From assembly GCA_017499595.2 (NCBI GenBank), contig CM039003.1:1-64000 (forward strand): a DNA stretch of 64,000 nucleotides, given 5' to 3'. The position numbers were made by a program, and so were the translations under genes. Position 1 is the stretch's first letter, and each line of letters begins with the position of its first letter. This DNA is from Psilocybe cubensis (taxonomy: Eukaryota). The notes beneath the pieces are model-generated. The model saw only the letters and a program-made list of their open reading frames with translations, ran no database searches and was not told the DNA's origin. This document shows, piece after piece, positions 1 to 9,033 of the stretch.

Positions 1-180
1 AAACCCTAAACCCTAAACCCTAAACCCTAAACCCTAAACCCTAAACCCTAAACCCTAAACCCTAAACCCTAAACCCTAAACCCTAAACCCTAAACCCTAA
101 ACCCTAAAACCTAAACCCTAAACCCTAAACCCTTAACCCTAAACCCTAACCCTAAACCCTAAACCCTAAACCCTAACCCC
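1..180 (+). repeat. Terminal telomeric tract (TAAACCC)n, i.e. TTTAGGG on the minus strand, with a few variant units
   Basis: Tandem AAACCCT from base 1, C-rich strand on + as expected for a left chromosome end. Confidence 0.98.
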
Positions 181-295
181 CGTTCAATCTCACAAGAGAG
201 GGAACATCCAGAATTCGGCAGAATATCCAAATCTTACAACCGATGAAAAGAATACTAGCGCGTAAGGCGTAAAGCATTAGAAAAAAACCCTAACC

Positions 296-358
296 GTAAG
301 TATTCCTTGCTACAAAGTAACAAACATCTACTTACAAGCAACACATTGGATTAAATAG
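296..358 (+). other. Putative 63-nt GT-AG intron in the element 3' UTR (also starting at 5494, 6604, 12614, 17746 and 20588)
   Basis: GTAAGT donor and ATAG acceptor; the predicted spliced sequence occurs verbatim at 1122-1185. Confidence 0.65.
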
Positions 359-962
359 CTAAACCTAAACCTAAACCCTAAACCCTAAACCCTAAACCCT
401 AACCTAACCCCAACCCTAAGCTAACTAAGTCTAACCTTAGTAGGAAGTAAGGTAGGCGTGTGAACTTCCGAACGGCATGTGATTGTGAAGGGCCGGATCT
501 AATTTAGTACATGGGAAAAGTTACTTAGTACTTCGGGAAAAGTTCCTTAGTACCGTGGAAACATTTTTGATGGACCGGATCATGAACTGTCCAATTAAGA
601 TTCACAACAATCAATCATTCTATTGTTTGATTGTTAGGTAAGGACCCAGGTAAGCTATTTATACTCTAGACATGTGAATATTCCCATGTCGCGGTTACTC
701 GGAGCCACGTAACCAGAGTAATCTATATCCATGTGATTCACATCACAGTCAATAACCCACGATGTCAAAGAACAAAAGTGTTGGATCCACTTTTGACAGG
801 TTACCATGTGCCACATCGACCCGTGACACTCTGTTCATCAGAGACCTGTCTAACTTGACAATAAACATTGACAGATTTGTGATAGTCGGTAAGATACATG
901 ACAGCTGCGCAGCATCACTTCACGCGCTGTCATCGGATGTCTAGAACATTCCTTCTAAGAAT

Positions 963-1026
963 AGCCACTGAAGAGTCTATAAAGACGAAAGGGCTGGTTG
1001 TTGGGATCCCCCAACAGCCCTCTGGC
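963..1026 (+). ncRNA. Type I hammerhead ribozyme (copy 1), predicted cleavage after C1022
   Basis: GCCA-CTGAAGA-GTCT(ATAA)AGAC-GAAA-GGGCTG...CAGCCC-TC^TGGC: complete core and stems I-III. Confidence 0.93.
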
Positions 1027-1736
1027 CTTCTTTCTATTTCAAACTCACAGTTTAAACTAGTCGCTCGCACCTCGCTTCGCTCGGTGCTCGCTCCCCCCCT
1101 AAACCCTAAACCCTAAACCCTAAACCCTAACCCTAAACCTAAACCTAAACCCTAAACCCTAAACCCTAAACCCTAACCTAACCCCAACCCTAAGCTAACT
1201 AAGTCTAACCTTAGTAGGAAGTAAGGTAGGCGTGTGAACTTCCGAACGGCATGTGATTGTGAAGGGCCGGATCTAATTTAGTACATGGGAAAAGTTACTT
1301 AGTACTTCGGGAAAAGTTCCTTAGTACCGTGGAAACATTTTTGATGGACCGGATCATGAACTGTCCAATTAAGATTCACAACAATCAATCATTCTATTGT
1401 TTGATTGTTAGGTAAGGACCCAGGTAAGCTATTTATACTCTAGACATGTGAATATTCCCATGTCGCGGTTACTCGGAGCCACGTAACCAGAGTAATCTAT
1501 ATCCATGTGATTCACATCACAGTCAATAACCCACGATGTCAAAGAACAAAAGTGTTGGATCCACTTTTGACAGGTTACCATGTGCCACATCGACCCGTGA
1601 CACTCTGTTCATCAGAGACCTGTCTAACTTGACAATAAACATTGACAGATTTGTGATAGTCGGTAAGATACATGACAGCTGCGCAGCATCACTTCACGCG
1701 CTGTCATCGGATGTCTAGAACATTCCTTCTAAGAAT

Positions 1737-1800
1737 AGCCACTGAAGAGTCTATAAAGACGAAAGGGCTGGTTGTTGGGATCCCCCAACAGCCCTCTGGC
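1737..1800 (+). ncRNA. Type I hammerhead ribozyme (copy 2), cleavage after 1796
   Basis: Identical to copy 1. Confidence 0.93.
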
Positions 1801-1909
1801 CTTCTTTCTATTTCAAACTCACAGTTTAAACTAGTCGCTCGCACCTCGCTTCGCTCGGTGCTCGCTCCCCCCCTAAACCCAACGACTTTGCTATCACCCA
1901 TCAGTTACC

Positions 1910-4900
1910 ATGTCATCCCAATACTCTGCTGCATTCTCTCGTGCCATGTCCCCTACCCTGGACGCACTCACCCAGGCCGTCGTCAACAACACTGTCTTCG
2001 GCGTCAACGATGAAGCAGGCCGCCATAACGCTCTTATCGACGAGCTGGCCACTGTGGTCATCAAAAAAATAGCTGAGTGCCGCTCCGTTGACCAAGTCAT
2101 AGACTGCGTCTTTTTTGACTATCGTGCTGCCCTCAGGGAGTTTCTCCTCAACCTCGCATCGTGGTGCGACAAGAGGGAAACAGTCAAGGCTAGCCTCGAG
2201 CGCCTTGAATCTGCCGTTAGCGCAGGCAACACGCCCAATCGCCTTAAGGTGAAGGCACCCGAGTTCCAACTTACGAAGGAATTCGCGGATGCCGGGTCAG
2301 CGGAGGCTCTTCGAGTCTCCACTACGTTCTCTTCCGCTCGTGATGCCTTCCAAAAGGCAATTAACGACGGCGCCGTTCAGGCGAAAAAGGACGAGCTGGC
2401 TTTTTGGGATGATAAATGCGCGCTCAACTCTTGCTACGAAGCTGCTGCCCTCATCGTTAAGGCAACTTACGATGATCGCAAATCCAGCTACAAGCTCCCT
2501 GTTTTCTCTACAGACAACAAGGGAGTTCGACGTATAGCAGAGTGGGTAGTGTCTCCGCAAAAGAAAGCCGAATGCAGTGCGCTGCAAACTATACTGCCGG
2601 CGATCTTTTCTCATATCAAACAGATTGTCAACATGCGCCACCGCGCCTTGGCAATTAAGATTGAGAAAAAGCGGACGACTGCGGCAACAGCCGATGTCGA
2701 GATGGCCGATGCGACCAAACCAGGTCCATCGATTCAATCCCTTATTGATAAGGGCTTGAATGCACGTCTCAAAAAGCTCAACCTTGGATCTGTGGGCAAG
2801 AAGGCAAGTTTTCGTAACCCTTCACCCATAATTCTGGACACTAATTATTACTCTAATTACCCAGACTTTGTCTGGCCAGAATTCGTCCAAGGCTCCTCAA
2901 CCTCAGGCCAGGAAAGCTGGCCCTTCGAAACCCAAGTCGTCGTCGACGCCTTCGCAGAGGAAGCCTCAAACCAAGGCTTCCAACAAGGTCGACAACAAGA
3001 AGAAAGGGAAGGGGAGAGCTCCCGTCAAGAACAACGATCCAAAGGGAAAGGGAAAGGCAAGAGCCTAGACGCGCGGTCTACTGTAGCATCATTTACGTCG
3101 GTGAGACCCGCCTTCCCCAACTCTATTCCTGACGATATACTCACCATGACTAAAACAGACGCAGTTTCTTTTGTACACCTCAATACCCCGATTTCATTCT
3201 TATTGGCTGGCCAGTATAGATCTAGTGTACACTGTAGTCCTGGTGTTTCGGTCCCTGTTGATGTAGCAAATGATTTATCTCTTGGACTCAATTATATGTT
3301 TTTTACACTGCCTTCTAAAAATCTGATCATGCAAGCATGGAATGATTTTCAACGAAGAATAAGATGGCGTATCTATTTTTTGTTTAAAGAAGGCATGAAT
3401 AAACCTTTCGATCCAGACTATGGAGTAAGCTCTAAAAAGAAAGAGAAACCTCCAATGTTACCCGCAATTTATGGAACTTGGCCTTTCAATGGGACGTCGG
3501 TACGTTATTAAAACGATCGCAAGTATCCCGGAAGAAGCCCTTAAAGAGATGCGAAAGCACGCGTTCTCTCCTAAAAGGGACAAGATCCAAAAGTTTCTTT
3601 TCGATAACAACTATGTTATTACGATGACAGATAAGAATCTTGGCCTCGCGGTGTCTGAACGCGACTGGATATTAAGGAATGAGCTCAATCTTCTTGAAGA
3701 TGAACGCAACTACGAAGAGTTAGAATTCGAAGTTGCGCAAGAAGTTATGAAGAGCAAAATGATTCAGATGCAAACTCTCGCACGTACCGTCGAAGATGAA
3801 CATCTGTTTCTATTTGAACTTGGGTTGTCTCGATTCTTTCTATCGAATGTACCGGAAGACGGATCATCGTTCAAGTATCCTCAATTTCATGGTATACCTA
3901 AAATCCACAAGAAACCTACTGGATTTAGGCCCATAATTCCGTGTCACTCTGTAGTATTTAATCCTGCAGCCAAGTTTGTATCAAAAGAGCTTAAGCCGAT
4001 TATTAAATCGACTCCTTCAATCATTCACGGAACGAAGGATCTCTTTACGAGATTAAGCCAATTGCGTATAGACCCCAAACGACAATGGTATTTTGTCACC
4101 GGGGATGTAGTTGCTTTCTATCCCAATATTCCGTTGGACTTGTGCATCGAAATCGTTTGTAATATGTACGAGGAATGGTTACTCAACGCTTCGGAAGAGA
4201 ACACTGCATTAGCCCATATTAATCCAAATTCGTTAGAGAATAACTTGGTTAAATTGGGCATCTTTAAACGTGCTATCGAGATTGGCAATACGCAATTGAT
4301 AACACAACATGGGTCTAGATATTTTAGACAAAAAAATGGCCTCGCAATGGGCGTCGCGGATTCTCCGGACCTTGCTAACCTCTTTGGAGCCCATTTTGAA
4401 ATAAAGTCAAAAATCTTAGACCACCCAAACGTGGCCTTCTATGGAAGGTACATCGACGATTGTTTCGCAATTGTTTACGCCGAGTCCGAAGCACTTGCAC
4501 TTAATCTTATTAAAGAAACAATAAAGTTCGATGGTTGTGTTATCGAATGGGCTGTCTCCTCGTCGGGATGTCAATTTCTCGATGCTTTCATATTCAAGGA
4601 GTCTGGAAAACTTCATTGGAAGCCATTTGTCAAGACAGGAAACAACCGAGAACGAGTTCCATGGGTATCACATCATCCTTTGGACGTCAAACGTGGCGTC
4701 TACATTGGAGAGTTATCCAGGTTAGCCGTGCTATGTAGTACCAAGGAAATCTACATCGGAGCAATTAGAGACCTTAACGCTCTCTATTTGATGCGCGGTT
4801 ATCCCGAAAACCTAGTCATGTCTTGGTGTAAGAAGAATATACAAGAACGTTGGGAAAAGCGATTCGCTTTACGAGTCGCAGAGCACGACGAATCCATTCT

Positions 4901-5444
4901 TGTACTTAAAACCAGATTTGATCAGGTATGGAATTGGTTTTCAGCTGCTGAACTTGGAAAGACTGTTACCGAGTACTGGTCGGCATGGTATGAACATGCC
5001 GAGAAAGGTTTGTATAGTGCAGACTCGTCCAGACCCCTTATCAAACCAGATCCAAATTACGTTCACGACCTCGATGATGTTCGCCCGGAGCTGTTCACAC
5101 AGATCCTCGTGGACGGAGAAACTGAGTTCGTACCGGATTTGAGGAAGATAGGACTACTCGGAAGTCGTTGGATAGTATCGCGAAAACGCAATACTAATCT
5201 TTTCGACCTTGCAAATGTGTGGAAGAAAACAGTCTTTCGTAAACTGGATGAAAACATCGCTGAAAAAGGTGGTGTTGTTCCCGAAACTCAAAACGTTAAT
5301 GAAACTTATCATTCTGCTTTAGTTGAAGCTGCTGAACAGATAAGTATCGAAAGTGATAACGAGATAATACTTCATAGACGTTCAATCTCACAAGAGAGGG
5401 AACATCCAGAATTCGGCAGAATATCCAAATCTTACAACCGATGA
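1910..5444 (+). pseudogene. ORF1-RT polyprotein of element A, split by a +1 frameshift near 3461-3463 (ORFs 1910-3511 and 3471-5444)
   Basis: TTACCCGCAA here versus TTACCGCAA in copies B and C; otherwise colinear with the 1176-aa ORF; could be a homopolymer assembly error. Confidence 0.8.
2804..2864 (+). other. Putative 61-nt GC-AG spliceosomal intron inside the element ORF (also 9928-9988 and 15057-15117)
   Basis: AAG|GCAAGT donor, CTAAT branch sites, CCCAG acceptor; removal joins ORF1 in frame to the Lys-rich ORF ending at 3068. Confidence 0.75.
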
Positions 5445-6160
5445 AAAGAATACTAGCGCGTAAGGCGTAAAGCATTAGAAAAAAACCCTAACCGTAAGTA
5501 TTCCTTGCTACAAAGTAACAAACATCTACTTACAAGCAACACATTGGATTAAATAGCTAAACCTAAACCTAAACCCTAAACCCTAAACCCTAAACCCTAA
5601 CCTAACCCCAACCCTAAGCTAACTAAGTCTAACCTTAGTAGGAAGTAAGGTAGGCGTGTGAACTTCCGAACGGCATGTGATTGTGAAGGGCCGGATCTAA
5701 TTTAGTACATGGGAAAAGTTACTTAGTACTTCGGGAAAAGTTCCTTAGTACCGTGGAAACATTTTTGATGGACCGGATCATGAACTGTCCAATTAAGATT
5801 CACAACAATCAATCATTCTATTGTTTGATTGTTAGGTAAGGACCCAGGTAAGCTATTTATACTCTAGACATGTGAATATTCCCATGTCGCGGTTACTCGG
5901 AGCCACGTAACCAGAGTAATCTATATCCATGTGATTCACATCACAGTCAATAACCCACGATGTCAAAGAACAAAAGTGTTGGATCCACTTTTGACAGGTT
6001 ACCATGTGCCACATCGACCCGTGACACTCTGTTCATCAGAGACCTGTCTAACTTGACAATAAACATTGACAGATTTGTGATAGTCGGTAAGATACATGAC
6101 AGCTGCGCAGCATCACTTCACGCGCTGTCATCGGATGTCTAGAACATTCCTTCTAAGAAT

Positions 6161-6224
6161 AGCCACTGAAGAGTCTATAAAGACGAAAGGGCTGGTTGTT
6201 GGGATCCCCCAACAGCCCTCTGGC
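6161..6224 (+). ncRNA. Type I hammerhead ribozyme (copy 3)
   Basis: Identical to copy 1. Confidence 0.93.
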
Positions 6225-6362
6225 CTTCTTTCTATTTCAAACTCACAGTTTAAACTAGTCGCTCGCACCTCGCTTCGCTCGGTGCTCGCTCCCCCCCTAA
6301 ACCCTAAACCCTAAACCCTAAAACCCTAAACCCTAACCCCTAAACCCTAAACCCTAAACCCT

Positions 6363-7401
6363 AACATCGCTGAAAAAGGTGGTGTTGTTCCCGAAACTCA
6401 AAACGTTAATGAAACTTATCATTCTGCTCTAGTTGAAGCTGCTGAACAGATAAGTATCGAAAGTGATAACGAGATAATACTTCATAGACGTTCAATCTCA
6501 CAAGAGAGGGAACATCCAGAATTCGGCAGAATATCCAAATCTTACAACCGATGAAAAGAATACTAGCGCGTAAGGCGTAAAGCATTAGAAAAAAACCCTA
6601 ACCGTAAGTATTCCTTGCTATAAAGTAACAAACATCTACTTACAAGCAACACTTTGGATTAAATAGCTAAACCTAAACCCTAAACCCTAAACCCTAAACC
6701 CTAACCTAACCCCAACCCTAAGCTAACTAAGTCTAACCTTAGTAGGAAGTAAGGTAGGCGTGTGAACTTCCGAACGGCATGTGATTGTGAAGGGCCGGAT
6801 CTAATTTAGTACATGGGAAAAGTTACTTAGTACTTCGGGAAAAGTTCCTTAGTACCGTGGAAACATTTTTGATGGACCGGATCATGAACTGTCCAATTAA
6901 GATTCACAACAATCAATCATTCTATTGTTTGATTGTTAGGTAAGGACCCAGGTAAGCTATTTATACTCTAGACATGTGAATATTCCCATGTCGCGGTTAC
7001 TCGGAGCCACGTAACCAGAGTAATCTATATCCATGTGATTCACATCACAGTCAATAACCCACGATGTCAAAGAACAAAAGTGTTGGATCCACTTTTGACA
7101 GGTTACCATGTGCCACATCGACCCGTGACACTCTGTTCATCAGAGACCTGTCTAACTTGACAATAAACATTGACAGATTTGTGATAGTCGGTAAGATACA
7201 TGACAGCTGCGCAGCATCACTTCACGCGCTGTCATCGGATGTCTAGAACATTCCTTCTAAGAATAGCCACTGAAGAGTCTATAAAGACGAAAGGGCTGGT
7301 TGTTGGGATCCCCCAACAGCCCTCTGGCCTTCTTTCTATTTCAAACTCACAGTTTAAACTAGTCGCTCGCACCTCGCTTCGCTCGGTGCTCGCTCCCCCC
7401 C
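6363..7401 (+). mobile_element. 5'-truncated Coprina-like copy (ORF 3' end plus terminal repeat)
   Basis: Begins mid-ORF (AACATCGCTGAAAAAGG) directly after telomeric tract 6298-6364. Confidence 0.92.
7265..7328 (+). ncRNA. Type I hammerhead ribozyme (copy 4)
   Basis: Identical to copy 1. Confidence 0.93.
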
Positions 7402-7521
7402 TAAACCCTAAACCCTAAACCCTAAACCCTAAACCCTAAACCCTAAACCCTAAACCCTAAACCCTAAACCCTAAACCCTAAACCCTAAACCCTAAACCCT
7501 AAACCCTAAACCCTAAACCCT
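7402..7521 (+). repeat. Internal telomeric tract; acts as the 5' exon of the group I intron
   Basis: About 17 TAAACCC units. Similar internal tracts at 1100-1176, 6298-6364, 18542-18626, 21393-21441 and 21629-21681. Confidence 0.95.
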
Positions 7522-8287
7522 AAAACCGTTACGGAGGTCATACAAACTCGTTTTAGTCTAGCTGCGGGGATATCCAGCTATGATGACTTTGTAATTCGAG
7601 GGCGCGCAGTTCTTCAATGGGTATGGACATCAGGTGAGAGTACACTGGGGGTTGTCAGGACCAGCTCTGCTGGATACGCTCCTGGCAAGTCGGTTGCAGC
7701 CGGCGACACTACCGAATTGCTGGGACGTCCTAAAGCTTGTGGGTACCGCCGACCGCTGGAAACAGCCTAGGCACCGGTGGCGACCGGGTATGGTAACAAT
7801 CCCCAAGATTCAGCGAAAGCTGGAATGGATAATCAGCAGCGAATCCGTAACGGTCACGCCGACGGAAGCGTTCAACGACTAGGTGGTAGTGGGGTCTTCG
7901 GATCTTAAGATATAGTCTTGGGAGTGGGGAAACCCACATCTGGTATCTAAACCGCGCCTCGCTGCTTACGAGGACGGCCCGAAGTCCAGAACCGCTTAAA
8001 ACGCGGGTGACCCGGCCTCCCCTTAGTAAAGGGAGTTAACACAAGGATGGACAAATAGTTCGTCGCCGGAAATGAACCTGTGGCTGTAATGGCTGATGTG
8101 GCGCCCCTTGGTAAAGGGCTTAAAGGGTATTAGCCTGCCATGTCCAATGGCATGAGAGTGTCCCTTGGTAAAGGACTTAATAGGCAATAGCCTGCTCTTT
8201 TGTCATGAGCGGTATGTAGTGATCGTTTGCCTGTACGGTAGCGCCCATTGCTTGCACTGGTCCACGCCCGTAAAAAATCACGAGCCG
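7522..8287 (+). ncRNA. Group I intron (subgroup IC1-like ribozyme), ORF-less, inserted in a telomeric repeat
   Basis: P3 CACTACCG 7707-14 / TGGTAGTG 7884-91; P4 TGCTGG 7718-23 / TCAGCA 7833-38; P5abc with A-rich bulge and GAAA tetraloop; R GTTCAACGACTA; S TAAGATATAGTC; P7 A(C)GACTA/TAGTCT; P8 UUCG hairpin; P9 GTGGG-GAAA-CCCAC; preceded by U7521 and ends in G8287. Confidence 0.93.
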
Positions 8288-8862
8288 AAACCCTAAACCC
8301 TAACCTAACCCCAACCCTAAGCTAACTAAGTCTAACCTTAGTAGGAAGTAAGGTAGGCGTGTGAACTTCCGAACGGCATGTGATTGTGAAGGGCCGGATC
8401 TAATTTAGTACATGGGAAAAGTTACTTAGTACTTCGGGAAAAGTTCCTTAGTACCGTGGAAACATTTTTGATGGACCGGATCATGAACTGTCCAATTAAG
8501 ATTCACAACAATCAATCATTCTATTGTTTGATTGTTAGGTAAGGACCCAGGTAAGTTATTTATACTCTAGACATGTGAATATTCCCATGTCGCGGTTACT
8601 CGGAGCCACGTAACCAGAGTAATCTATATCCATGTGATTCACATCACAGTCAATAACCCACGATGTCAAAGAACAAAAGTGTTGGATCCACTTTTGACAG
8701 GTTACCATGTGCCACATCGACCCGTGACACTCTGTTCATCAGAGACCTGTCTAACTTGACAATAAACATTGACAGATTTGTGATAGTCGGTAAGATACAT
8801 GACAGCTGCGCAGCATCACTTCACGCGCTGTCATCGGATGTCTAGAACATTCCTTCTAAGAA

Positions 8863-8929
8863 TAGCCACTGAAGAGTCTATAAAGACGAAAGGGCTGGTT
8901 GTTGGGATCCCCCAACAGCCCTCTGGCTA
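8863..8929 (+). ncRNA. Type I hammerhead ribozyme (copy 5), stem I extended to TAGCCA/TGGCTA
   Basis: Same core; variant lengthens stem I. Confidence 0.93.
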
Positions 8930-9033
8930 CTTTCCATTTAACTCCCAGTTTAAACTAGTCGCTCGCACCTCGCTTCGCTCGGTGCTCGCTCCCCCCCTAA
9001 ACCCAACGACTTTGCTATTATCCATCAGCCACT

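Larger units (their letters stand above)
181..1099 (+). mobile_element. 5'-truncated Coprina-like copy (last ~65 nt of ORF, 3' UTR and terminal repeat)
   Basis: Matches the 3' end of the full copies (e.g. 5379-6297); capped directly by the terminal telomere. Confidence 0.92.
1122..6297 (+). mobile_element. Full-length Coprina-like element A (repeat-ORF-repeat), frameshifted
   Basis: Matching ~0.7-kb repeats flank the ORF region 1910-5444. Confidence 0.9.

Noticed and set aside
762-1116. Repeated 60-aa and 72-aa ORFs in each terminal repeat
   Set aside because: They recur only because the DNA is repeated; they overlap RNA hairpins and the hammerhead and are disrupted or frameshifted in some copies
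1913-2737. Antisense ORFs within the element ORF
   Set aside because: Shadow frames of a GC-rich coding strand with no recognisable motifs
7634-7939. ORFs 7634-7882 (+) and 7730-7939 (-) as an intron-encoded homing endonuclease
   Set aside because: They are short, overlap the ribozyme core, and lack His-Cys box, LAGLIDADG and GIY-YIG motifs
8091-8100. CTGATG in the intron extension as a second hammerhead
   Set aside because: It reads CTGATGT, not CUGANGA, and has no correctly placed GAAA or stems
7522-8287. Insert as an rDNA fragment or telomerase RNA gene
   Set aside because: No recognisable SSU/LSU sequence flanks the core. The only internal template-like string (CTAAACC near 7947) is about one repeat long, and group I structure explains the region
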